A stretch of DNA of 64,000 nt from Eledone cirrhosa (Eukaryota): assembly GCA_964016885.1 (NCBI GenBank), contig OZ024740.1, positions 435,550,001 through 435,614,000 on the forward strand, in the 5' to 3' direction. Each line of letters starts with the position of its first letter. The stretch's first letter is position 1. Shown here in pieces: positions 1 through 13,907 of this stretch. Both the position numbers and the translations under genes were made by a program. The notes beneath the pieces are model-generated. The model was given only the letters and a program-made list of their open reading frames with translations. It had not been told where the DNA came from and made no database searches.

Positions 1-137
1 CATGTTTAGGTCCTCATTGAAAAAGGGGACACCAATTTATTCAAATTATGTTTGTCATTCTCCTACAGACTTTCTCAGACATCCTAATATTTGAAGGGTT
101 TAGGGCCTTAAAACAACTTAATCCAGTCCTAATAACA

Positions 138-565
138 TATCTCTCTCTCTACACTTACTAACGTGTCTCTCTTTCTCTCTGCCTCTCTCTCTCTCTACCT
201 CTCTCTCTACCTCTCTCTCTCTCTCTCTACTAACAATACTAACTTGTCTTTCTCTCTCATGCCATACATTACACTCTAATAGCACTGAGCTATTTTTTCT
301 CCCTCCCCCTCCCCTCTCCCCCTCCCCCTCCTCTCTCCCCCTCTCATCTCCCCCCTTCCCCCTCTCATCTCTCCCTCCCCTCCCTCTCCCCGTGCTAAAA
401 TGCTGCACTTTAAAAACAATGCCAATCATATTTGCCGGCTTTTTTCTGCCATAAATACAATTTGTTCACACACACACACAGACACACACTCACAGACACA
501 CACACACAGACAGACACACACACACAGACAGACACACAGACAGACAGACAGACAGACACACACAC

Positions 566-600
<35 letters not shown>

Positions 601-705
601 CAAACAGACAGACAGACACACAGACAGACAGACAGACAGACACACACACACACACAGACAGACAGACAGACAGACACACAGACAGACACAAACAGACAGA
701 CAGAT
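138..705. repeat. (CT)n, C-rich and (CA)n/(CAGA)n microsatellites
   Basis: Directly visible low-complexity repeats; the overlapping ORFs are artefacts. Confidence 0.9.
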
Positions 706-820
706 GTAAACTCCTGCGGTGCCAAGCCGTTTCGGCCCCAAGTCACGATTACATGTCTACTCTGCAACTGCCCATGTATTGAGTACTCCCAACATTATTG
801 TACTCCTGGGTCTCACCACT

Positions 821-856
<36 letters not shown>

Positions 857-1168
857 TATACACACAGTCCTATATACACACAGTCCTACACTATTTACTG
901 CAGTGTCTCAACATACATTGTCTCCTGCACCACAACTGTTGTCCCACTCACAATAAACTCTCTCTCCCTCCCTCTCCCCACACACTCTCTTTACCCCTCT
1001 CTCTATCTCTCTGGTCACTCTTTCTTTATTACTTTCTCACAAATCAATCCCTCCTCTCTCACTCATTCTCTTTTCCTCCCCCTCTGTCTCTGGTCCCTTC
1101 TTTCTTTCTTCTCCAATCAATTCTCTCTCCCTCCTCCCCCACTGCCCAGCTTGTCACTGCTAAGCTAT

Positions 1169-1211
1169 CACACATACATATATTCCCACACACATACATA
1201 TATACACACAC

Positions 1212-1242
<31 letters not shown>

Positions 1243-1283
1243 TACATATACACATACATACATATACACACACGCACACATAC

Positions 1284-1314
<31 letters not shown>

Positions 1315-1597
1315 CACACACACATATATACACACACACACATATATATACCCACACACTTATATATACCCACACACACATACATATATACACACACACA
1401 CATATATACCCACACACATATATATACCCACACACACACTTACATATATACACACACACAAATATACCCACAGACATATATATACCCACACACACACACA
1501 TATATATATACACACACACATATATACCCCCCCCCACACACACACGCATATATATACACACACATTTATATACCCACACACATATATACACATACAC

Positions 1598-1631
<34 letters not shown>

Positions 1632-2368
1632 TCATATATATACACACATATATATATATACGCACACATATATATACACACATATATACACACACCATAT
1701 ATATACACACACATATATATACACACACCCCCATATATATACACACACACACATATATATACACACACATATATATACACACACCATATATATATACACG
1801 CATATATATACACACACACCATATATATACACACACCATATATATACACACACACACATATATATATATACACACACATATATATACCCATACACACACA
1901 TATATATATACCCATACACACACATATATACCCCCACACACACATATATATACCCATACACAAATATATATACACACACATATATATACCCATACACACA
2001 TATATACCCACACACACATATACCCACACACACATGCCCACACACACATATATACCCCCACACACACATATACCCACACACACATATACCCACACACACA
2101 CACATATATACCCACACACATATATACCCACACACACACATACCCACACACACACATATACCCACACACACGCATACCCACACACACACATATACCCACT
2201 AACACATATACCCACACACACACACATACTCACACACATACTCACACACATATACCCACACACACATATACCCACACACACACATACACCCACACACACA
2301 CATATACCCACACACACATATATATACCCACACATATATACCCCCCCACACACACACATATATACCCA
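1169..2368. repeat. compound (CA)n/(TA)n microsatellite
   Basis: Directly visible; produces the His/Thr/Ile/Tyr pseudo-ORFs. Confidence 0.95.
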
Positions 2369-2481
2369 CTTCTTGTCACTCTCTGCATCTCACCCCCCCC
2401 CCTCTCATATCGACGTAACTTTATCGTGTGAAAACATCAACAAACAAAAAAACTTCCACGACTCAACAAAGCCATACCAAA

Positions 2482-2483
2482 CA

Positions 2484-2521
<38 letters not shown>

Positions 2522-2535
2522 GCTACCACCACTAT

Positions 2536-2584
<49 letters not shown>

Positions 2585-2598
2585 GCTACCACCACTAT

Positions 2599-2635
<37 letters not shown>

Positions 2636-2665
2636 GCTACCACCACTACTACTACTACTACTGCT

Positions 2666-2729
<64 letters not shown>

Positions 2730-2926
2730 TTACTACTACTACTACTACTACTACTACCACAACCACTACTACTACCACCACTACTATTAATACTACTACC
2801 ACAACCACTACCACCACTACTACTACTACTACTACCGCAACCACTACTGCTACCGCCACTACTACTACCACAACCACTACTGCTACTACTACTACTACTA
2901 CTACTACTACCGCAACCACTACTGCT

Positions 2927-2976
<50 letters not shown>

Positions 2977-3244
2977 CACAACTACTACTGCTACCACCAC
3001 TACTACTACTACTACCACAACTACTACAACCACTACTGCTACCACCACTACTACTACTACCAGTACTACTACTACCACCACCACCACTACCACCACCACT
3101 ACTACTACCACTACTACCACAACCACTACTACCACCACTACTGCTACCACTACCATTACTACTACTACTACCACTGCCATTACTACTACTACTACCACAA
3201 CCTCTACTGCTACCACAACTACTACTATCACCACTACTGCTACC

Positions 3245-3288
<44 letters not shown>

Positions 3289-3294
3289 CACCAC

Positions 3295-3326
<32 letters not shown>

Positions 3327-3375
3327 GCTGCTACCACTACTACCACCACCACTACCACTACTACCACCACCAACA
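2482..3375. repeat. (CTA)n/(CCA)n trinucleotide tract; a smaller one lies at about 3662-3770
   Basis: Directly visible; poly-L/P/Y/S/V ORFs are artefacts. Confidence 0.95.
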
Positions 3376-4160
3376 ATGACAACAAAACCTCCACCACAAC
3401 AGTGTTTTGCCAAGTTCAAGTTCATCCTCGCCTTCTACTTTATTAACTATCACAACACCGTCATGTATATATATATATAAGTGTGTATATATAAGTGTGT
3501 ATATATATGTGTATATATATATTATACATTATATATGCACCAAGTATGTGTATATGTAGCAATCTGTTTTAATACGTACCGGACATTTTATTGGAGTCAT
3601 TAATACATATAATATTGAGTCCAATTTATCAATCTCTTATTCCACCCATTGGAACCAGTGTACACTACTACAGCCACTACTACTACCACACCTACTACCA
3701 CAGCCACAACCACTACTACTACTACCACAACTACTACTACTACCACCACTACCACTACTGCCACCACTACTTCCAGTGCAGTTCTTATTGCGAGTACTTA
3801 CTGTTTACTGTGAAGACCAAACCAATTTGAGCTGCTAAATGTTTTACCTCTTACACCCGAACCTATCTATTGTATTATACCAGAGGAGACATAATGCTAA
3901 TAGTATCTTCCGCCTCCGACATACCTTATACAACAGGTAAGACAGATTACACCATATTCTACACACCTTATCCTACACACCATATTCTACACACCTTATA
4001 TACACACCATATTCTACACACCTTATATACACATTCTCTCACAATCTGGGATCCGTTCACCACATAATTTTGTTTTGGAATTAGAGAAAAAAAATGTTGT
4101 TGGACATTACAACCCCCCCCCCCCCTCCGTTCTCTATGTCTCTCTCTCTCTCTGTCTATA

Positions 4161-4191
<31 letters not shown>

Positions 4192-4246
4192 CTGTCTGTA
4201 TATATATATATATATCTGTCTGTATATATATATATATATATATCTG

Positions 4247-4287
<41 letters not shown>

Positions 4288-4318
4288 GTCTGTATATATA
4301 TATATATATATATATATC

Positions 4319-4427
<109 letters not shown>

Positions 4428-4447
4428 GTCTGTATATATATATATAT

Positions 4448-4530
4448 CATCATCATCGTTTAACGTCCGTGTTCCACGCTTGCATGGGTTTATATATATA
4501 TATATCTGTCTGTGTATATATATATATCTG

Positions 4531-4561
<31 letters not shown>

Positions 4562-4564
4562 CTG

Positions 4565-4609
<45 letters not shown>

Positions 4610-4610
4610 G

Positions 4611-4645
<35 letters not shown>

Positions 4646-4646
4646 G

Positions 4647-4687
<41 letters not shown>

Positions 4688-6470
4688 ATATATATATATA
4701 TATGTAAATGCCACCTTCCTGGTGGCAAGGTTGTAAAAGAAAAGAAATTGTCATCCCTTGAATCGCAAGAATGTTTTGCAAATTTTGAAGGTGCCAGCTA
4801 TCGCAGTCATTTGTAAGACTATGAATTAGGGAGCTGCGCTCTTTGTCCGCAAATCCGAGTTCATCCTAGATGTATCCGAGTTCAGTTATACATTGGTCCA
4901 AGCGGGTTGGTATATAACCCGTAGCTCCAATAATGATGGGTATGAAGCTAAAGGTGTATCTTGGATACTGGATTTGTAAACTCCTCATCAATGGTCCGTA
5001 GATGTCCTCCTTCTCCTGTATTTTTCTGACAACGTTTACATCAAGTGGGCAGCTGATCTCCACAACAGAACATGTTTTCAATGTGTGGTCCCAAACAACA
5101 ATATCAGGCCGGTTGTGCTTTAATTTGGTGGCAGTTTTTATTTTCAGGTTCCACCAGTATTCCTTAGTGCCATCTGTCTCAATATATTCTTCCTCGTTTG
5201 TTGTTAATTTTGATTTCCGAAGTACGTTCCAGATGGTTCTAGCTATCCCATCGTGTCTCATGGGGAGGTAGTAGCGAGATGACATTCTTTGCATGGGTTT
5301 GGACGGGAGTTTTCCCACTTGAGGCAAGAGTGGTTGTCTTGCTTGCATAGGATTGTCTGGCGGGTTTTCTACGGCTGGATGCCCTTCCTAACACCAACCA
5401 TATTCACAGTGTGGAACTGGGAGGTTTTTACCGTGTTACCTACACGGCCACATTACAGTGTGGACTGTGTTTTTTTTTGTCGTGACACCTACACGACCTC
5501 ATTTGTTTCGGCCTGGATGTTGTGGTACCAACATAACTTTACATTGAAAGTTGTGGTGTGGATGGGGTGGGGGTAGTGAGACGGGGGTGTATTTTGTTAG
5601 AGGTGCCTACTGACTGTAGTAGGTTTTACTATGTATTTAGGTAAGGCGGGTCTTCTCTATTACTGAGTACCGCCAAAGGTCTCGGTCCAGTGACATTGTC
5701 TTGGAGAGGTGTAAGTGTGTGAGGTCGGAGTTTATCAGCTCGTCCCAGGTTTTTCTAGGTCTGCCTATTCCGTGGCTACCGTCTATCTTTATTGCCCTGC
5801 ACTTTGTTATACAGCTATCGAATTTCATGCGCATCACGTGTCCATACCAACGTAGCCTTCTCTCGAGTAAACAACATCTGATCCCTCTTATTTCTAATTT
5901 TTTCCTTAGTTCGTTTATGCTTTGCCGTTCACCTATATTACTATTACACATCCAGCGGAGCATGCAAGCTTCGTTCCTCTCTAGTCTGCATATATCCTCT
6001 GCACACAATGCCCATGTCTCACTGCCATGCAACATTGCTGTTCGTATGCAGGCATCATAAAGCCTGCCTTTCATTTTTAGGGAGAACCCTTTAGCGGCTA
6101 ATAGTGGTATAAGCTCTCTGAACTTTTTCCATCCAGTTCTGACTCTAGCTACAGTACTTTCAGAGCACCCTCCCCCACTGCTGATTTTGTCACCCAGGTA
6201 ACGGAAGGTGTCCACTATTTCTATAGAACCATCTGTGCAATTGAAAGAGCTAGTATTTTGTGGGCACTTGCTGCTACTTATTGCACCAGAGCACCGGCCA
6301 CATATAAAATCTATGTTCTTAGTTAGCTTACCTGTGATCCCACTACATCTTTTATGCACCGATACTTTGCATTTGGGACATAAAATGGAGTTTCTACCTA
6401 CGCCTTTCCTACACACTGAGCATGGCCATTTCCCGGAAGTGACCGGCGCCTTATTTTCTTTCCTACAAAC
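4448..6470 (-). mobile_element. RTE LINE family A, 5'-truncated, with its 3' UTR split by a nested R4/Dong insertion
   Basis: ORF 5637-6416 has RTE C-terminal motifs ([32 protein letters not shown]). The terminal ~44 nt with the (GAT)n tail is at 4448-4491 and the rest resumes at 5289. Confidence 0.9.
4703..5288 (-). mobile_element. R4/Dong-like RLE non-LTR retrotransposon, 3' fragment
   Basis: RHD motif and RPDIVVWD...VVEISCP...KEDIY (PD-(D/E)xK-type nuclease); near-identical to 60130-60690. Confidence 0.85.
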
Positions 6471-6504
6471 TATATATATATATATCTGTATATATATATA
6501 TATA

Positions 6505-7479
6505 TACTAGCTCTTTCAACTGCGCAGAGGGTTCTATAGAAATAGTGGACAGCTTCCGTTACCTGGGTGACAAAATCAGCAGTGGGGGTGGGTGCTCTGA
6601 AAGTACAGTAGCTAGAGTCAGAACTGGATGGAAAAAGTTCAGAGAGCTTATACCACTATTAGCCGCTAAAGGGTTCTCCTTAAAAATGAAAGGCAGGCTG
6701 TATGATGCCTACATACGAACAGCAATGTTGCATGGCAGTGAGACCTGGGCATTGTGTGCAGAGGATATACGCAGACTAGAGAGGAACGAAGCTTGCATGC
6801 TCCGCTGGATGTGTAATAGTAATATACGCGAACGGCAACGCATAAACGAACTAAGGGAAAAATTAGAAATAAGAGGGATCAGATGTTGTTTACACGAGAG
6901 AAGGTTACGTTGGTATGGTCACGTGATGCGCATGAAAGACGACAGCTGTATAAAAAAGTGCAGGGCAATAAAAATAGACGGTAGCCACGGAGTAGGCAGA
7001 CCCAGAAAAACCTGGGACAACCTGATAAACTCCGACCTCACACACTTACACCTCTCCAAGACAATGTCACTGGACTGAGATCTTTGGCGGTACTCAGTAA
7101 TAGAGAAGACCCACCTTACCTAAATACAAAGTAAAACCTACTACAGTTAGTAGGCATCTCTAACAAAATACACCCCCGTCCCACCACCCCCGTCCCATCC
7201 ACACTGCCCCCTTCAATGTAAAGTTATGTTGGTGCCACAACATCCAGGCCGAAACAAATGAGATCGTGTAGGTGTCACGACAAAAAAACACAGTCCACGC
7301 TGTAATGTGGCCGTGTAGGCAACACGGTAAAAACCTCCCAGACCCACACTCTAAATGTGGTTGGTGTTAGGAAGGGCATCGAGCTGTAGAAAACCCGCCA
7401 CTCTTGCCTCAAGTTGGAAAACTCCCGTCCAAACCCATGCAAGCGTGGAACATGGACGTTAAACGATGATGATGATGAT
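6505..7479 (+). mobile_element. RTE LINE family A, 5'-truncated
   Basis: ORF 6545-7078 is near-identical to copy 1; same 3' UTR and (GAT)n tail. Confidence 0.92.
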
Positions 7480-7535
7480 ATCTGTATATATATATCTGTA
7501 TATATATATATATATCTGTATATATATATATATAT

Positions 7536-8117
7536 GCATGCTACTGTACATCTGTATACATATAGGTATGTACGTATACATACATATTTACATTTAAGTA
7601 AGTGCCGTACTAAGAGTGAGAAATGAAATTTCGTTTTCATTTTATTACAACTTATCGTTTTCGGTGCGCCTGACCGATTTAACTCACTCGATATGTAAAT
7701 TAGGCTGCTCAGCCATTAATTTTCATAAGGAAAGTATATACTTTCGAACGTTCAACCATCTGGCAGATGGGTATACGGTGCTGATGATAGCTAACAAGCT
7801 TGAAACTAGTACATCGTTCCTGTGTCAGTGTTGAACAAAAAGGTGACGTGGTTGCCTTAACACCGTACGGCATAAATTCAGGCTGTTCAGTTTGTTTACA
7901 AACGAACAAAGCGGGCGCTATAATAAGCATCTGCTAAACTGATACGTACATATATGTATGTGTAGCTGTATGTATATATATGTATATATATATATATGCA
8001 TGCTACTGTACATCTGTATACATATATGTATGTACGTATACATACATACTTACATTTAAGTAAGTGCCGTACTAAGAGTGAGAAATGAAATTTCGTTTTC
8101 ATTTTATTACAACTTAT
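7536..8117 (+). mobile_element. putative retrozyme-like non-coding element: 462-bp monomer with ~120-bp terminal redundancy
   Basis: 7536-7655 is repeated at 7998-8117; internal hammerhead motif; flanked by (TA)n. Confidence 0.6.
7750..7836 (+). ncRNA. type I hammerhead ribozyme
   Basis: ACGGTG-CTGATGA-T-AGCT-AACA-AGCT-T-GAAAC-TA-GTA-CATCGT. Stem I ACGGTG/CATCGT is extended by CTGGCA/TGTCAG and GTTCAAC/GTTGAAC; stem III is the palindrome ACTAGT. Confidence 0.8.
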
Positions 8118-8147
8118 ATATATATATATATCTGTATATATATACAT

Positions 8148-8487
8148 ATCATTTCATTCGTTTCATTTCATTTTACGTCCACTTTTTCCCTGCTTGCAAG
8201 GGTGGGACGGGAACTGATTCTGGCTTGATTTCTACAGCTGGATGCCCTTCCTAACATCAACCTCATTTACAGTGGGTGCTTTTTTGCGTGGCACCTCCAC
8301 GACCACTTTACAGTGGAATGATAGGGACCCCAGTCCCTATCATCTCATTTCTACAGCTGAGTAAACTGGAGCAATGTGAAATAAAGTGTCTTGCTCAAGG
8401 AAACAACACATCACCCGGTCTGAGAATTGAACTCACAACCTTTCGATTGCAAGGCCAATGCTCTAACCACTAAGCCATGTGCCTCCA
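8148..8487 (-). mobile_element. tRNA-derived CORE-like SINE with RTE-derived tail (SINE1)
   Basis: Head TGGAGGCACATGGCTTAGTGG (A box) ... GAGTTCAATTC (B box); CORE-like CCTTGAGCAAGACACTT...CTCAGCTGTAGAAATG; RTE-type 3' end; four copies in the window. Confidence 0.88.
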
Positions 8488-8503
8488 TTATATATATATA
8501 TAT

Positions 8504-8548
<45 letters not shown>

Positions 8549-8551
<3 letters not shown>

Positions 8552-9326
8552 TCATCATCAACGTTTTACGTCCGTGTTCCACGCTCGCATGGGTTTGGAC
8601 GGGGTTAGTCCCACTTGAGGCAAGAGTGATTGTCTTGCTCGCATAGGACTGTCTGGCAGGTTTTCTACAGTTGGATGCCCTTCCTAACACCAACCACATT
8701 TACAGTGTGGGCCTGGGAGGTTTTTACCGTGTTGCCTACACGGCCACATTACAGCGTGGACTGTGTGTTTTTTTGTCGTGACACCTACACGATCTCATTT
8801 GTTTCGGCCTACACGATCTCATTTGTTTCGGCCTGGATGGCGCGGCACCAACATAACTTTACATAGAACGGGGTGGTGTGGATGGGGTGGGGGTGGTGGT
8901 GGTGGGACGGGGTGTATTTTGTTAGAGATGCCTACTGGCTGGAGTAGGTTTTACTATATATATTTAGGTAAGGCGGGTCTTCTCTGTTACTGAGTACCGC
9001 CAAAGGTCTCGGTCCAGTGACATTGTCTTGGAGAGGTGTAAGTGTGTGAGGTCGGAGTTTATCAGCTCGTCCCAGGTTTTTCTAGGTCTGCCTATTCCGT
9101 GACTACCGTCTATCTTTATTGCCCTGCACTTTGTTATACAGCTATCGACTTTCATGCGCATCACGTGTCCATACCAACGTAGCCTTCTCTCGAGTAAACA
9201 ACATCTGATCCCTCTTATCTCTAATTTTTTCCTTAGTTCGTTTCTGCTTTGCCGTTCACGTATATTACTGTTACACATCCAGCGGAGCATGCAAGCTTCG
9301 TTCCTCTCTAGTCTGCGTATATCCTC

Positions 9327-9328
<2 letters not shown>
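8549..9328 (-). mobile_element. RTE LINE family A, 5'-truncated
   Basis: ORF 8964-9290; (GAT)n tail; 24-bp internal duplication at about 8784-8832. Confidence 0.92.
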
Positions 9329-9402
<74 letters not shown>

Positions 9403-9623
9403 TTTGATTTATTGATTTATTGATATTTTTTCTGAATGTCCCAAATCTTCCAGATCGCAATTTTTCGGTCGTACGGTTGATTATAGACTTGCTCTATATG
9501 TGACGGTATTTTAACGATAGTTATAACTCTGATTTATCTGAATTATTGAGCCCTCTGCCGCTCATTTCGAATTTTGTTTATCGTGAATTCGTGCGCCGGT
9601 TTTTCGATACTCGATTATTCTAC

Positions 9624-9791
9624 TATATATATATATATATATATATATATCTGTATAAATATATCTGTATATATATATCTGTATATATATATATATATAT
9701 ATCTGTATATATATATATATATATATATCTGTATATATATATATATATATCTGTATATATATATATATATATATCTGTATATATATGTATA

Positions 9792-9822
<31 letters not shown>

Positions 9823-9875
9823 CTATATCTGTATATATATGTATATATATGTATATATATATATATATATATCTA

Positions 9876-9922
<47 letters not shown>

Positions 9923-10023
9923 CTATATATACATATATATATATCTATATATATATATATATATCTATATATATATATCTATATATATATATATATATAT
10001 AGACATATATATATATCTATATC

Positions 10024-10069
<46 letters not shown>

Positions 10070-10079
10070 TATATATATA

Positions 10080-10137
<58 letters not shown>

Positions 10138-10230
10138 TATAGATATATATATATGTCTATATATATATATATATATATAGATATATATATATAGATATAT
10201 ATAGATATATATATATAGATATATATATAT

Positions 10231-10290
<60 letters not shown>

Positions 10291-11152
10291 ATATATATAT
10301 ATCTATATATATATATCTATATATATCTATATATATATATCTATATATATATATATATATATCTATATATATATATCTATATATATATATCTATATATAT
10401 ATATCATTGCTGTGTCTGTGTAAAATAAAATAAGATAAATAAATACATACACAAGCACATAAACACACACTAGTCACCCAGCAGACACAACACTATACAC
10501 ACTAGTCACACATCACACATAACACTATACACACACGCAAACGCATGCGCAAAGAAGACAAAATAAAATAAGATAAACAAACAAGCAAATAAATAAATAA
10601 ATAAATATATAGACAGACTGAACAAAAAAAAATGGCGTAGACATACAACACAACAGGAGGAACAATGAATATAACACCACTGACGATGTTGCAGATGTGC
10701 AACGAAAGATTTATGTAAACTATGTAAACTATATATATATGTGTTTGTCTATATTGTATCTGTATTATTTTTGACCGCCGGTCAGTCAATGGCAACATTG
10801 AGGACCGAGTAAGTTAGATCGCAGATATATATATATAAAAGACAGCGAGAAGCGAAAACCAACCAAACAGTGAGTGTGTTCTGTTATTAATTCTGGCAAT
10901 ATTACGCAAATATGACCCTCCCCAAATATATATATATCTATATATATATATCTATATATATATATCTATATATATATATCTATATATATATATATCTATA
11001 TATATATATCTATATATATATATATCTATATATATATCTATATATATATATATCTATATATATATCTATATATATATATATCTATATATATATATATCTA
11101 TCTATATATATATATATCTATATATATATATATATATCTATATATATATATA

Positions 11153-11217
<65 letters not shown>

Positions 11218-11680
11218 TTATATATATATCTATTTATATATATATCTATATATATATATATCTATATATATATATATATCTATATATATATATATATCTA
11301 TATATATATATCTATCTATATATATATATATATCTATATATCTATATATATATATATATCTATATATATATATATATCTATATATCTATATATATATATA
11401 TATCTATATATATATATATATCTATATATATATATATATCTATATATATATATATATATCTATATATATCTATATATATATATATCTATATATATATATA
11501 TCTATATATATCTATCTATATATATATATATCTATATATATCTATATATATATATATATATATATATATCTATATATATATATATATATATATATATAGA
11601 TAGATATATAGATAGATATATAGATAGATAGATATATATATAGATAGATATATATATATAGATAGATAGATAGATAGATA
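9624..11680. repeat. (TA)n tracts with TCTG/TC/GA interruptions around a ~520-bp unique island (10405-10925)
   Basis: Directly visible. Confidence 0.9.
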
Positions 11681-13907
11681 AGTTTCTTTTATTTGCCACT
11701 AGGGCATCAAAAGTGGGACAAGTACAAAGGGGGGAGTTTACACAAAAAGGCGTCCTCAATAAGGAGGAGGCAATAACAAAATATAAAAATAAAATAAAAT
11801 AAGATATAACAAAAAATAAAATTTTTAACAAAATCCTCAATAGAGAGGAGGCGCCTTGGGGGGTCGCACACACCCCCGAAAAAAGTGTGCAACCCTTTTC
11901 CTCAGGAGCACAGAGAGGGGGTGCTCCCTCGTTCCTTCCTCTTTTCCACCTACAGGCTTATGTAAAGAGAAGGCCCATTCACACGGGCCATTCTCGCCAC
12001 TTTCACCCATCTTTCATAGAAACGGCTGGGGTGCAGCACCTCTCTCTCCATCCTGATCCTTCTTCCGAAATGATATCGGAAGAAACGGACCAGTTGTTGG
12101 CCAGAGAGAAAGGTGCCCGACCTCAGTCCTTTCAGACGCGTCCACCATACAACCTCTTTCGCCATGGCTATTACGCACAGAAACACCGCCTCTGCTTCAT
12201 CTTTGAAGGGGGGAGGCGGCTTGATCATTACAATAGACTCGGTGGTCAACCGGATCGGTCCCACCCTTGACAGCAGTTGTTCGACATAGCCCCACAGATC
12301 GGCTACGCCCGAGCAGTGTACTAATGCGTGTGCAACGGTTTCCTCGTCGCACACGCATCTGGGACAGATCTTTTTGGCGGGGTCCCTACCCGGGCGCCCG
12401 TGTCTGTAGAGCCTTTCTCGAACGGGTAAAGCCCCTCGGTAGCACTGCCAGGCCAGGGACTTCTGGAAGTTGTCCATAGGTCCCGGGCTGAATGTCCTAC
12501 CGAACAGGCTGGCCAGTTCGTCCTCCTCCATGTCTAGGGCTTCTCCGAGGGCGTCGTCGCACCTGCGCACCAGCCCTCTATAGAATGTTGCGGTGGAGTC
12601 TCCACTGATAACCGGATCCGCCTGCCAGAGGGCGGTGAGCGCCTGGGCACACTCAGTGTGCCAGGCGCCCAGTTTTTTCGGTCTTTGCTTGACCCAGGAT
12701 TGCAGCTCGGTGAGTGAGACGAGTCTGGGAAAGGTTCGTCTCACAAACGAGGCCCACACCGGTTGTCCGGTGAGGAATACGTAGAGGTGCCGTAGCCTTA
12801 ATGCGTGTTTACGCATCATTAGCCACGGCATCCCCAGCCCTCCTTTCGAAGGGTGTTGACAGCAGATGGATCTCCTCACCATAGGAGCCCGCCTCTTCCA
12901 AAGGAATTGGAAGAGCGCGCGCTCCATCTTGGTGAGCGTTTCCCTTGGGCAGGGCACTACGGTCAGGCGGTAGTAGATGACGGACGCTATGTAGGTGTTC
13001 GCCACCTCTGCCCGACCTTTCAGGGATAGTTTGCAACTGGCCCACTTCTGGGTCAGTGCAAACACCCTGTTCGTAACCTCCGCCCAGTTTTTCTCCACCT
13101 GGAGGTCCGGTCCGAACCAGACCCCGAGCAACTTCACCGGGCCCTCCGTCCAGCGTCCGACGACGCCATCGGAGGGCATCGGTCTGCCCCTCCACGTGCC
13201 GAGTTGCAAACCGATCGACTTGTCCCGGTTCAGCTTAGCCCCTGTGAACTTTTCGTACTCCTCCAGTAAGGTGCCGACCGCCTCGATTTCGGAGGCCGTC
13301 GACACCATTACTGTCACGTCATCGGCGTAGGCCGACACCGCTTTCCGCAATCCCGGTTCCAAAGGGATGCCCTGCAACAACTCCAACTTCCGCAGTAGTG
13401 GCTCTAGAGTCAACACATACAGAAGGGAGGAGAGAGGGCACCCTTGTCGGATGGACCGCGCGATTTTGAACGGCTCCGAGAGGTAGCCGTTCACCTTGAC
13501 CCTAGAGCAGATGCGGCTGCTGTGCATAGCAGTGATCCAGCCCCTGAAAACGGGTCCGAAGCCTGCCGCCGCTAGCACCGCATCCAGGTAACCATGGTCG
13601 ACCCTATCAAACGCCTTAGATTGATCCAAGTTGATCAGAGCCCCACCAAAGCCGGGTTCGTTCCCAACCCTCTCTATGATGTATCGCATGAGGTGGAGGT
13701 TGTCATGGATGGACCTGGACGGGATAGCGCATGTCTGCGCATCTCCCACCAGGTTGCCCACGACAAGCGCCAACCTCTTTGCTAGCACCTTGGCCAAAAT
13801 CTGTAACTCTGTATTTAGCAGTGTTATGGGCCTGAAGTTACTTATTTCGTCCCCCTTGTTCTCGTCCTTCCTCACTAGCGTGACTACGCCCTTGGTCACA
13901 GTACAGG

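Noticed and set aside
400-3446. Long His/Thr/Ile/Tyr and poly-Leu/Ser ORFs
   Set aside because: Translations of CA/TA and CTA/CCA microsatellites, open in several frames on both strands
8410-8487. tRNA gene
   Set aside because: Acceptor and anticodon stems are incomplete and it is fused to a SINE body in multiple copies
10405-10925. Unique island with a TATA-like element and a small hairpin (solo LTR?)
   Set aside because: No partner LTR, TSD or clear TG...CA ends
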